A DNA stretch of 64,000 bases, taken from the NCBI GenBank assembly GCA_963727625.1, contig CAVSHR010000005.1, forward strand, positions 512,001 to 576,000, written 5' to 3'. Both the position numbers and the translations under genes were made by a program. The notes beneath the pieces are model-generated. The model did not search any database and was not told the origin of the DNA. It saw only the letters and a program-made list of their open reading frames with translations. Origin of the DNA: an uncultured delta proteobacterium. GTDB taxonomy: Bacteria; Desulfobacterota; Binatia; UBA9968. Shown one piece after another: positions 18,769-28,365 of the stretch (the first letter of the stretch is position 1; each line of letters begins with the position of its first letter).

Positions 18769-21143
18769 CAACTCTTTTGCGGAACGTCGATCCCTTGGCC
18801 AGGCTGCCATTTGATGGGCGGAGGAAACTCAAACGACGGAACTGAAACTCTCTTATAGCGACCCTCGATTGCTCTCAAAACTTTGTCAGGCGTGATCGGG
18901 ATCTCATCGATTCTCATGCCGATCGCATCATAGAGAGCGTTAGCGACAGCCGGAACCACCGGCAGCAGCGGCCCCTGTCCTGCCTCCTTCGCGCCATAGG
19001 GACCTTCTGGATCGTTGGTCTCTATCAACATCGTTTCGATCTCCGGGGTCTCGAGTGTTGTCGGGCTTTTATATTCTAGGATGGAAGGAATTTTGTGCAG
19101 CCCGCTCTTTCTAAATACCTGCTCTTCCATCAACGCCTCACCCAAAGCCATATAAACGCTGCCCTCCGTCTGGCCTTCGACCAGCAGAGGGTTGAAAGCT
19201 CTACCGCAATCGTGCGCGATCCAGATTTTCTCAACCTTGATCTCACCTGTTTCGCTATCGCAGAACAGTTGGACGATCGCGGTTGAGAAAGTATAGGCGG
19301 TGGTAGGCCCGACTCCGGACCCTTTGTAAGTGGCAGGATGTCTTGGCGGACGATAACTTCCGGTGGCCCCGAGTGTTCCGTGTTTAGCCTCCGCGCCCTC
19401 CACGCAGTCGACAAAGCTTATGGCCCGCTTCGGATAACTCTTGCTGCGAACTAGCCCGTCGATCATCTCCAGATCATCGGCAGGTACTTCAAGGGCCTCA
19501 CCGGCGGTTTCAAGCAGAATTTTCTTCAGCTTGCCACAGGCCTGTATGGCCGCGTTGCCGGTCATTACGGTGACCCGGCTCGAATAGCTTCCCAAATCCA
19601 CTGGAGTTAAGTCCGTGTCCGCCGTCACCACCCGGACATCGCTCACACTCACGCCAAACTCTTCGGCCACCGCGTAAACCAGGATAGAATCCGACCCCTG
19701 TCCTATGTCGGTGGAACCGCAAAAAACGGTGATGCCCCCACCCCGATCAAGACGGATCTGGACGCCGGAATGGGGCATCTTGTTCCAGTAGATGGGAAGA
19801 CCGGCGCCGCTGATGTAAGCGCTGGCGGCAAAGCCGATGCCTCTGCCATGAGGGAGCTGGCGAAACTTCTTTTTCCACTCGGCCCGCGTGGCAACTTTTT
19901 CAATACATTCTCTTAGTCCGCACGTGCTGATCTTCAGGCCATTCACCGTGACCGTGTTGGCTTGCACCAGCTGCTTGAGTCTGAGATCGATGGGATCCAT
20001 GCCGAGCTTTTCGGCAATTTTATCCAAATGAATTTCCAGCGCGAACCGGGGTTGTGGCGTTCCATGCCCTCGCTTGGGTCCGCAAGCAGGCTTGTTCGTG
20101 AAAACCCGCACGCCTTCGAACTTATAAGCCGGTAGTTTGTATGTTACGGTTTGCAGCGCGCCGGTGTAGTAAACTGATGCCAACCCGTAGCTACTGTAGC
20201 CCCCACCGTCCAGGAAAGACCTGAAGTGCATCGCCTGAAGAGTTCCGTCTTTTTTGACTCCTGTCTTGATCCACATCTTAACGGGGTGTCTGCCCCGGTG
20301 CACGTAAAAGCATTCTTCCCGCGTCAAGGTGAACTTCACCGGCCTACCGGTGACCATGGCTAGTTTGACCGCGCAGATCTCGTGCGAAAATGGATCGCTC
20401 TTGCCACCGAAGCCGCCGCCCACCGGCGTGGCAATCACCCTAATCCGGCTCATAGGCAATTCCAAAACTTTGGCCAGCGCGCGATGCAGATAATGGGGCG
20501 TCTGCGTCGAGGACCAGAGGGTAACTTTTCCACCAGGCCCATACTGGCCGATGGCACAGTACTGCTCCATTGGCAGGTGCGTGTTGCCCTGATAAAAGAA
20601 GGTATCTTCAAATACCTGCTCCGCCTGCTTGAATCCCTGTTCCACTTCCCCAAACTCAAGGGAGACCGCTTTCTGAATATTGGCGCGCCGGTTCCACGAA
20701 TGAATCCGTTCGCTACCTTCGGTCGCCGTCAATGCATCTTCAATGGAGAGAATCGGCTTCAGCAGTTCATAGTCCACGTCGATCAATTGCAGAGCCTTCT
20801 CCGCAACGCTCTCGCTCGCGGCGGCTATGGCGGCAACAGGGTCTCCCACATGCCTAACTTTTTCCGCGGCCAGCGCTTCTTCGTCCTCCGTCGCCGGCAA
20901 AATGCCGAACTTCACGGGGAGGTCGGCGCCCGTGATCACGGCATAAACACCTTCAAGAGAGAGCGCTCGCTCAGTTCTGATGCCGCGAACACGGGCATGC
21001 GGATGAGGACTCCGAAGCAACCGTCCATAGCACATCCGCGGTAGCTCAAGATCGTTGGCATAACGCGTCTCGCCGGTGCACTTCCCCATCGCGTCCACCT
21101 TTGGGAGCGGCTTCCCGATTACGGAAAAATTCGTCTTGCTCAT
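18768..21143 (-). CDS. hcrA: Xanthine-oxidase-family molybdopterin subunit, HcrA-like
   Basis: VGGGFGGK, RGRHP, KRGHGTPQ, DIGQGS, SYSSRVT, GAKEAGQGP. Confidence 0.75.
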   Translation of the reverse strand: MSKTNFSVIGKPLPKVDAMGKCTGETRYANDLELPRMCYGRLLRSPHPHARVRGIRTERALSLEGVYAVITGADLPVKFGILPATEDEEALAAEKVRHVGDPVAAIAAASESVAEKALQLIDVDYELLKPILSIEDALTATEGSERIHSWNRRANIQKAVSLEFGEVEQGFKQAEQVFEDTFFYQGNTHLPMEQYCAIGQYGPGGKVTLWSSTQTPHYLHRALAKVLELPMSRIRVIATPVGGGFGGKSDPFSHEICAVKLAMVTGRPVKFTLTREECFYVHRGRHPVKMWIKTGVKKDGTLQAMHFRSFLDGGGYSSYGLASVYYTGALQTVTYKLPAYKFEGVRVFTNKPACGPKRGHGTPQPRFALEIHLDKIAEKLGMDPIDLRLKQLVQANTVTVNGLKISTCGLRECIEKVATRAEWKKKFRQLPHGRGIGFAASAYISGAGLPIYWNKMPHSGVQIRLDRGGGITVFCGSTDIGQGSDSILVYAVAEEFGVSVSDVRVVTADTDLTPVDLGSYSSRVTVMTGNAAIQACGKLKKILLETAGEALEVPADDLEMIDGLVRSKSYPKRAISFVDCVEGAEAKHGTLGATGSYRPPRHPATYKGSGVGPTTAYTFSTAIVQLFCDSETGEIKVEKIWIAHDCGRAFNPLLVEGQTEGSVYMALGEALMEEQVFRKSGLHKIPSILEYKSPTTLETPEIETMLIETNDPEGPYGAKEAGQGPLLPVVPAVANALYDAIGMRIDEIPITPDKVLRAIEGRYKRVSVPSFEFPPPIKWQPGQGIDVPQKS

Positions 21144-21613
21144 TGAATCTCCTCACCTTTGGCGACAAGCTCAACGGCCTCGATAATTTTGCTATAGCCA
21201 GTGCATCGGCAGAGATTACCGGAGAGCGCCTCGCTAATCTCTTCTCGACTAGGATGGGGATTCCTATCCAAAAGCGCCTTGGCCGTAAGAAGAATACCCG
21301 GGATGCAGTAGCCGCATTGGGCTGCCCCTAGATCCGAAAAGGCCTTCTGGAGCGGGTGCGGCTTGTCCCGCTCTTTGAGTCCTTCGACAGTGAGAATTTC
21401 CGAGCCTTCGGCCTCCACGCCCAGGACCAGGCAGGAAAGGACAGGCTCGCCGTCGAGAAGCACCGTGCAGGTACCGCACTCGCCAAGCTCGCAGCCGTGC
21501 TTGGTCCCTGTTAGCTGGATATCTTCGCGCAATACTTCCAAGAGTGTCTTACTGACCTCGGTTGCGACCTCTTTCGTCTCACCGTTAACTCGCAGACGGA
21601 GGATTTGTTTCAT
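21140..21613 (-). CDS. hcrC: 2x[2Fe-2S] subunit, HcrC-like
   Basis: GCELGECGTCTV...SC, QCGYC, NLCRCTGY. Confidence 0.8.
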   Translation of the reverse strand: MKQILRLRVNGETKEVATEVSKTLLEVLREDIQLTGTKHGCELGECGTCTVLLDGEPVLSCLVLGVEAEGSEILTVEGLKERDKPHPLQKAFSDLGAAQCGYCIPGILLTAKALLDRNPHPSREEISEALSGNLCRCTGYSKIIEAVELVAKGEEIQ

Positions 21614-22929
21614 AGCTTAAAAAACCTTCTAGCCTTGAGCTCGAATCTCGGCAGGCTTCCCGGTGCAACCACCTCAACCTGGGGACGCAATCCGAGCCGC
21701 TCGCGGAGCCTCAGCGCAACCCTCTCGTCGAGAGATTGCGCTAGTTCACCATCCGCTCTCGGCTCGAGGATGAGTTTTAGCTCGCGCATCTCCTCTCTCT
21801 CAAAAGTCTCAATGCGGAACTCGTCGATTTCGGCAAACTCCCTCATAACGTTTTCAATAGCGCTGGGGAAAACATTCACCCCGCGAAGGATAATCATGTC
21901 ATCAATCCGGCCCATGACTCCACCCTCCAAAAGCAAGAATGGCCGGCCGCATGGACACGTGCGGTAGCTCGGTTGGACCAGATCTCCGGTTCGGTACCGG
22001 ATCACGGGGCTGCCGACTCTTCCCAGGTTGGTTATGACGAGCTCCCCCTTGGCTCCTTCTCCGACCGCCTCGCCGGTCGTTGGATTGATGACCTCGGCGA
22101 TGAATTCGTACTCGTTCACATGAACGCCGCCGGGCCGCGCCTCGCACTCAAACCCATAGGCGCCGACTTCGGTGGCACCAGGGTGGTCGTAGCACTTCGC
22201 GCCCCAGGCCTCTTCGATTCTCTGCTTCGTGTTGGGGATGCTTGCCCCGGGTTCTCCCGCATGGATGGTGATTCTCACCTGCGAGCCATTGGCCAAATCG
22301 ACGCCACCCTTTGCTGCCTCAGCTGCCATATGAAGCGCGTAGGTAGGAGTACAAACCACCACGGTAGCTTGATAGTCGATGATAGCCGTGAGCCGCTGTG
22401 CGGTGGATTGAGCACCGCCGGAGAGCGCCAGCGCGCCCAGTTTACGCGCGCCATCCCACGCCGACCAAAAGCCGATGAACGGCCCGAAGGAGAAGGCAAA
22501 ATAAATTCGGTCGTCGGGCCTAACGCCCGCGGCCCGATAAATTGTTTCCCAGCACCCTGCCCACCAGTGCCAAGATTGCTCGGTATCGAGCCAATACAGC
22601 GGCTTACCCGTAGTGCCGGAGGTCTGGTGGATGCGGACATAGCGCTCGACCGGAAAGCTGAGAGCAGTGCCAAACGGAGGATGCGCCTGTTGATCCTCGA
22701 CAAGCTCACGCTTGATCGTATGCGGGAATTTTCTGAACTGCGCCAATGAATCTACGGTCGAGAACCCTTTTTCCAGGAGCTTGCGACGGTAAAAGGCATT
22801 ACCCGGCAGTTCCGCCTTGAGCATGCGCGATAGCTTTTCAGTCTGCTGGGCCTCAATAGCTTTCCGTCGCGAGGCGTCCATCGATTTCTCAGCTTTCCAA
22901 CGTAACTGATCCTGGCGCCACCATGTCAT
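21610..22929 (-). CDS. Phenylacetate-CoA ligase family protein (start may be 22881)
   Basis: HQTSGTTGKP, AGEPG, GATE, RYRTGD, GRIDDMIILRGVNVFP. Confidence 0.88.
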   Translation of the reverse strand: MTWWRQDQLRWKAEKSMDASRRKAIEAQQTEKLSRMLKAELPGNAFYRRKLLEKGFSTVDSLAQFRKFPHTIKRELVEDQQAHPPFGTALSFPVERYVRIHQTSGTTGKPLYWLDTEQSWHWWAGCWETIYRAAGVRPDDRIYFAFSFGPFIGFWSAWDGARKLGALALSGGAQSTAQRLTAIIDYQATVVVCTPTYALHMAAEAAKGGVDLANGSQVRITIHAGEPGASIPNTKQRIEEAWGAKCYDHPGATEVGAYGFECEARPGGVHVNEYEFIAEVINPTTGEAVGEGAKGELVITNLGRVGSPVIRYRTGDLVQPSYRTCPCGRPFLLLEGGVMGRIDDMIILRGVNVFPSAIENVMREFAEIDEFRIETFEREEMRELKLILEPRADGELAQSLDERVALRLRERLGLRPQVEVVAPGSLPRFELKARRFFKL

Positions 22930-23020
22930 GCAACAGCGGTTAATCTACGTTGGCAACCACCACATCACCCGGATCAATCGTTTTTCGCTTACTGGCCCGG
23001 GGCAAAATCTTCTCGATCAT
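22915..23020 (-). pseudogene. Short N-terminal remnant of a LeuC/aconitase-family large subunit
   Basis: MIEKILPRASKRKTIDPGDVVVANVD*PLLHDM matches the family N-terminus, with an internal stop. Confidence 0.55.
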
Positions 23021-23517
23021 ATTCGCACAATTAGATCTTACCTTAACTTGAAGAGGAGTGAGCATATTCAATGCCAGCATTGCCACGCCTTTAAGACAGC
23101 CAAAAATCCGCGTCGAGTTCTCTGATCTGGAAAAACCTCCACCCAAAATTCTTAAATCCTGGAATATGGACGAAGCCATCCGTAGTGTAAAGCTGCGGAT
23201 CGAAATAGGGCACGACAGACCCCGACCTCTATGGAATAGACCCTACCGACCAAGCCCGCCCGTGAAGACACTCTTGCGGCGATATCGGCTCAGTTGCTTC
23301 TCGGTCATTGCAGACAAAAGGCTGAGTTCATCCGCTTTAATTGCCTTCTGTCTACGCCAAGCTTTAGACTCGCACCCGGCTCAGTGGCGATTCAGCATTT
23401 AGAGTTTGGTGAACCCTACGAGCAGGGTTCGACGGTTTAGAGAGAGGATGGAAGGGTCGAACATATCACAGCTATGGATCACACGGCTCGAGGTAGTTCA
23501 GTTTCGGAAGATACCCG

Positions 23518-24942
23518 TTAGTTCGGCAGACTTGGTTTCGATTTCTTGAACTCATGGGCATCGAGCTCATGTTTCTTCAGCAAATCGTAGAAGTCAGCCC
23601 GGTATTTACCCGCGAGTTTGGCCGCTTGGCTGACGTTGCCTTCGGTCATCGACAGCACTTGGATGAGATAATCCCGTTCGAAAGCGTCGCGCGCGTCCTT
23701 CAGCGATTTCATTCCACTGCTCGGTTCCGCGATCTTTTCCTGCAGAAAACCATGCCCGCGTTCCACGGCCGCGCTTTTGCCTTGCAGAATAAAATCCTCG
23801 GTCACAATATCGTTCTGCGTCATCGCCACGGCGTACTCGATGGTGTTTTCCAGTTCGCGGATATTGCCTGGCCAGTCATGCAGCATGAGCTTGCGCAACG
23901 CTTCCGGCGTCAGCCCCTTTACGTCCTTTTTCATATGGTCGCTGTTTTTTTTCAGAAAATGCTCGAGCAGCGGCACGATATCGTCCTTGCGCTCCCGCAA
24001 GGGCGGCAGAAAAACCGGAATGACGTGAATTCGGTAAAACAAGTCGTCGCGGAACAGCCCCTTGTGCACCTGGTCTTCCAGATCCTTGTTGGTCGCCACG
24101 ATCACGCGAACGTCCACCGCCATCGGCACCTCGCTGCCGACGGGATAGAACTGCCGTTCCTGCAAGACCCGCAGCAGCTTGGATTGCGTCGCGAGCGGCA
24201 TGTCGCCGATCTCGTCGAGGAATAATGTGCCACCGTGGGCCTGGGTAAACAGCCCGCGGGTGCTTTTGACCGCTCCGGTAAACGCGCCCTTTTCGTGACC
24301 GAACAGCTCGCTTTCGAGCAACGTCTCGGGCAGCGCCGCGCAATTCAACGCGACGAAAGGTTTGTCCTTTCGATCACTGGCCAAGTGAATCGCCTTGGCG
24401 ATGAGTTCTTTCCCGGTGCCGCTTTCGCCGTGAATATGCACGGTGGAATCGAGTTTGGCGATGCGCGACACCACGTCGAGCACGGCGCGCATCTTGCCAC
24501 TGCGCGCGATGATATTGGCAAAATCGTAGCGCTCGTTGATGATGTCTTTGAGCCGCTTGATCTCGGAGTTGAGTTTGCGATTTTCCAGTGCCCGTTCGAT
24601 CTGCATGATCAAATCGGTCGGTTCGAAGGGTTTGGTTAAGTAGCTAAACGCGCCACGGCGCATCGCTTCCACAGCGCTTCCGATACTGCCGTGGGCGGTC
24701 AGGATAATCGTCGGCACGTCGGGGTCGATGCCGCGGAATTCATCCATCAAGGCAAGCCCGTCGCCGTTCGCCAGCATGAGGTCGACGATGCACAGGTCGA
24801 CGAGTTTTTCTTTAAGCGTTTTCACCGCCTGCTCTTCCTCAGCTATCGCGGTGACGCCATAATCCGCCGACTCTAGCCGCATGCGGATCAGTTCTAACAG
24901 ATTGGGGTTATCGTCTACGACTAGAATTTGACCCTTAGACAT
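23518..24942 (-). CDS. Sigma-54-dependent response regulator, GlrR/QseF-like
   Basis: Receiver, [28 protein letters not shown]; [27 protein letters not shown] resembles GlrR. Confidence 0.9.
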   Translation of the reverse strand: MSKGQILVVDDNPNLLELIRMRLESADYGVTAIAEEEQAVKTLKEKLVDLCIVDLMLANGDGLALMDEFRGIDPDVPTIILTAHGSIGSAVEAMRRGAFSYLTKPFEPTDLIMQIERALENRKLNSEIKRLKDIINERYDFANIIARSGKMRAVLDVVSRIAKLDSTVHIHGESGTGKELIAKAIHLASDRKDKPFVALNCAALPETLLESELFGHEKGAFTGAVKSTRGLFTQAHGGTLFLDEIGDMPLATQSKLLRVLQERQFYPVGSEVPMAVDVRVIVATNKDLEDQVHKGLFRDDLFYRIHVIPVFLPPLRERKDDIVPLLEHFLKKNSDHMKKDVKGLTPEALRKLMLHDWPGNIRELENTIEYAVAMTQNDIVTEDFILQGKSAAVERGHGFLQEKIAEPSSGMKSLKDARDAFERDYLIQVLSMTEGNVSQAAKLAGKYRADFYDLLKKHELDAHEFKKSKPSLPN

Positions 24943-24950
24943 GTCGTGCT

Positions 24951-25559
24951 TTATCTCCGACGCTCGCGCCGCTTTTGATCGATTTCCATATCTACCTGTT
25001 TGGATTTTTCGATCACCTGCCGGTTTTTTTCAATTTCCTGCTTGGTTTTTTCAAGTTCGGCGCGGGATTTTTCGATTTCCCGCCTGGACTTCTCAATCGC
25101 CACGCGATTTTTCTCGATTTCCCGTTTGGACCTTTCGATAGCCCGTCTAGATTTCTCGATTTCCCGCTCCGAGTCTCGAGTCTCTTTTAACACCCCCAGC
25201 CAAACCCGCGCCTGCTCGGCCCATGGGCTCTGAGGATAGGACGAAACCACCCGAGAAAAGGAGCCCATCGCCTTTTGCAGATCTCGGCTTGGATTTTCCG
25301 GATGGGCATAAACCAAGCCGATTTGATACGCCGCGACATCGGCGGGTGGCTTGTGCCGCGCCATCGCAAGAACGCTCTGATACGATTTTATCGAGCCGTC
25401 GAAGTCCCCTCGAATCAGAAGTTCGCTGCCCGCGGCAAGACCTTCGCGCATTTCCCGGCGCCGGTTTGATTCTTGGATCAGACTGCAGCTCGCAAAGAAT
25501 ATTAACAGGGCAAAGCAAAAATAATAGTGCTGCCTTTGCCTAATGCGCTTTCGGCCCAT
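24951..25559 (-). CDS. Lipoprotein with TPR-like region and heptad-repeat tail, in the QseG position
   Basis: Lipobox FFASC, YPQSPWAEQA, eight xIEKxxx heptads; between kinase and regulator. Confidence 0.8.
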   Translation of the reverse strand: MGRKRIRQRQHYYFCFALLIFFASCSLIQESNRRREMREGLAAGSELLIRGDFDGSIKSYQSVLAMARHKPPADVAAYQIGLVYAHPENPSRDLQKAMGSFSRVVSSYPQSPWAEQARVWLGVLKETRDSEREIEKSRRAIERSKREIEKNRVAIEKSRREIEKSRAELEKTKQEIEKNRQVIEKSKQVDMEIDQKRRERRR

Positions 25560-26944
25560 ATTTTACCGCCATGCGAAGTGATGATGCTATTGGCGATCGC
25601 CAAACCAAGCCCGGTCCCCAGCCGCGCGTTCGAGGTTAGGCGGCTGCCTTGGTTGAACTTTTCAAAAATCGACACCAAACTATCTGCTGGAATTCCAGGC
25701 CCTGAGTCTTTCACGGAAACCTGTAATTTACCATTAACCGCTTTTACGGCAACCCTTACCCGCCCGCCCTTGGGGGTAAACTTAACCGCGTTGCCGAGCA
25801 AATTGCGCATCACCTGGAGGATCCGCTCCGGATCGATTTTGAGCTGCGGTAGCGGCTCGACCAGCTCGCTCTCCAGAGCAATCCCCTTGGCTTCCACCAA
25901 GGGCGTGATCTCGGCCATAGCGCGCTTGACCAGCGGGTCGAGGCTGGTTATCTCGAATTCGTAAGCCATCATGCCGGCTTCCATCTTGGAAAAATCGAGC
26001 AGCGAATTGACGACGGTGATCAGCCGGTTGCTCTCCTCGGCGAGTATGCTCAGCAGCTTGCGTTGCCTGTCGGAGATCGCACCGCCGACGCCATCGAGCA
26101 ATAGTCCGGTGCCCTCTTTGATGGAGGTCAACGGGGTGCGCAGTTCGTGCGACATGGAAGCGAAGAAATCGGTTTTCATTTTGTCGATCTCCTGCAGTTT
26201 TTCGCACATGGAGTTGATCGCGGCGGCCAATTCACCGATTTCCGGCGGCGAGTTCACCAGGAGCTTTCCGGCGAAATTCCCCTTCGCGATTTCCCGCGTC
26301 TGGTTCTTGAGCAAGCCGATCGGCCGGGTGATACTTTTCGTGATAAACAGCGACATCAAAACAATCGCCAGCAAACAGGCGACCGAGATCGTCACCGAAA
26401 CCTCACGCGCCTGGTCGGCGGCAGCGGCCAGGTCGGTCACTTTGGCGTAAGTCAATTGCTGCTGATTGACCCTCAACTTCTCGAACGACGCCAGCATCGC
26501 ATCCACTAAGACGTCCTTGTCTTGTTTGTACTGCGCCTGACTGTACCGTCGCTTGGCGCGAACCAGTCGCGCCTCCGCGCCGACAAGCGCGTCGTAACGG
26601 CGAAAGCCATCCGTTATGCGCCTGAGCACTGGCATCGCCACCGGATCTTTCAAGGCGAAGGCGCCTTCCAAACGTGCTTCGAAGTCAATTTTAAGGCGCA
26701 CGAACTGCAAGTACCACGTCTCATCCCGCGTGATGGCGAATTTCTGCTCGGCGCGGCTCTGCGCCAACAGCAGATCGGCGAGAGTCTTTTCGTAGTCGAG
26801 TATCCGATTGTCGACCTTGAGGATCGACTCCGTGAGCTCGCGGAAGTGGCGCAGTTGGAGCACCGCATAAGCGCTCGCCACGGCAACGATTAAAAAAATC
26901 GCCAGGTAACCGAACGTCAGACGGGAAAACAAGCTCAAACGCAC
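25502..26944 (-). CDS. HAMP sensor histidine kinase, GlrK/QseE-like
   Basis: Two TMs, HAMP, MSHELRTPLTSIKEG, NLLGNAVKFT, DSGPGI, GTGLGL. Confidence 0.92.
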   Translation of the reverse strand: MRLSLFSRLTFGYLAIFLIVAVASAYAVLQLRHFRELTESILKVDNRILDYEKTLADLLLAQSRAEQKFAITRDETWYLQFVRLKIDFEARLEGAFALKDPVAMPVLRRITDGFRRYDALVGAEARLVRAKRRYSQAQYKQDKDVLVDAMLASFEKLRVNQQQLTYAKVTDLAAAADQAREVSVTISVACLLAIVLMSLFITKSITRPIGLLKNQTREIAKGNFAGKLLVNSPPEIGELAAAINSMCEKLQEIDKMKTDFFASMSHELRTPLTSIKEGTGLLLDGVGGAISDRQRKLLSILAEESNRLITVVNSLLDFSKMEAGMMAYEFEITSLDPLVKRAMAEITPLVEAKGIALESELVEPLPQLKIDPERILQVMRNLLGNAVKFTPKGGRVRVAVKAVNGKLQVSVKDSGPGIPADSLVSIFEKFNQGSRLTSNARLGTGLGLAIANSIITSHGGKIWAESALGKGSTIIFALPC

Positions 26945-26976
26945 GGCGGTGTCGTCCTCGGCTGCGGTGAGAAGCC

Positions 26977-28101
26977 CTAGCTGCTCTTGTTGGCGGAGGG
27001 CCTATCGAACGACTCCGCCCGATCGGCGTCCGCTGAAAGGAGTTTCTGGGCGAATTGATCCAGGCGGCGGTCGGCGTTCTGGTAACCCGACTGGGCATGG
27101 CCCAAGTGTTTCCCCAACAGGTTAAATTCGTCGCGGAACTTACTAAAGTCACCTTGCAGCCGGCTCAAGTACTGAATGATGTCCCTGGCACGATCTTCGA
27201 CCTTCATGCCTTTCAGGCCTAGAACGATTGCCTGCAAGTACGCATAAAAACTATTGGGTGAAACCGGAATCACCCGCTTTGACATGGCATAGGAGCTGAG
27301 AGTTTTCTCTTCCGGCGCGCCGTCCTTGATAATCGTTTCATAGTAAACATTCTCCGCCGGGATATACATGAGCGCGAAGTCATAGGTGCCCTCGTCCGGC
27401 AGGATATACTTCGCGGCAATGGCATCAATATGCTTTTTCACGTCGGCGCCAAATTGTTTTTGGGCGCGGGCTTTATCGTCGTCGTTCGCCGCATCAAGAA
27501 CCCGCTTGAAATTTTCCAGCGGAAACTTCGCGTCCACCGGCACCAACAACGCTCCGACCTTGATCACTGCGTCGACTTTATCGCCGTTATGAAAACTATA
27601 TTGGGTCGAGAAGTGTTGCGGCGGAAGAATCTGCCCCAGCAAATCTTCAAGAAAAAATTCGCCCAGACCGCCGCGCAGCTTCGGCGCCCGGAGAATTTCT
27701 TGCAACGAAGCGATGTCCTTACCGACCTCGTAAATTTTTCGGTTGGCTTCTTCCAGCCCGCCCAAGCTGCGCTGCACCTGACCCACCACCCGGGCCGCGT
27801 TGTCCAGGCGCTCGCCTAAACTCTGCTGCGTCGCGTTCAGCACCTGAGAATTTTCCTTGAGCCGGTCGTTGACATGTTCAAGCACTTGCCCGAGCTGGCG
27901 CTGGATCGACTGAGCGTTGCTGTCCAAAACCTGGCTAAACTGCGCGCGCACCTGCTCGATCTGCTGCTGCAACAAGAGCAGCGATGGGTCGTCCCGTTTT
28001 TCCTGTATGACAGCACGCAAACGGCTTAGGAAAACCCAACCGAAGAGAGCCAAACAGAAGATTGCGAGAAGAATCAGGACGAGAGCGTTTGATAGTTCCA
28101 C
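26977..28101 (-). CDS. rmuC: DNA recombination protein RmuC
   Basis: N-terminal TM plus coiled coil, RGGLGE, PVDAKFP, DFALMYIPAE, PVSPNS. Confidence 0.9.
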   Translation of the reverse strand: MELSNALVLILLAIFCLALFGWVFLSRLRAVIQEKRDDPSLLLLQQQIEQVRAQFSQVLDSNAQSIQRQLGQVLEHVNDRLKENSQVLNATQQSLGERLDNAARVVGQVQRSLGGLEEANRKIYEVGKDIASLQEILRAPKLRGGLGEFFLEDLLGQILPPQHFSTQYSFHNGDKVDAVIKVGALLVPVDAKFPLENFKRVLDAANDDDKARAQKQFGADVKKHIDAIAAKYILPDEGTYDFALMYIPAENVYYETIIKDGAPEEKTLSSYAMSKRVIPVSPNSFYAYLQAIVLGLKGMKVEDRARDIIQYLSRLQGDFSKFRDEFNLLGKHLGHAQSGYQNADRRLDQFAQKLLSADADRAESFDRPSANKSS

Positions 28102-28118
28102 GATGAACCGTGGCGTTC

Positions 28119-28346
28119 TTAAACCAGTCTGACGGCGTACTCCAGGATCTCGCTGAGCTTGCGGATTTGCGTTGCGCGCATCGAGCGTTCTTCGCGAGGA
28201 GAATTAAGATAATCGTCGACGCTTTTTTTCAAGTTCCATTCTAACAACTCGACGCATTGCTCGATGCTCACCTTCTCGGAACGGCGCCGGCGCGCCTGAT
28301 GCAATTCGTCGATCTGGATCAGCTGCCCCATACTAGGCGTTAGCAT
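28119..28346 (-). CDS. Small helical hypothetical protein
   Basis: Fills the aguA-rmuC gap co-directionally with protein-like composition. Confidence 0.6.
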   Translation of the reverse strand: MLTPSMGQLIQIDELHQARRRRSEKVSIEQCVELLEWNLKKSVDDYLNSPREERSMRATQIRKLSEILEYAVRLV

Positions 28347-28365
28347 AGGCGAGTCGAGAAAATTG

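Noticed and set aside
24996-25163. Periodic DNA as a CRISPR or non-coding array
   Set aside because: Degenerate in-frame 21-bp coding repeats with no spacers and no cas genes
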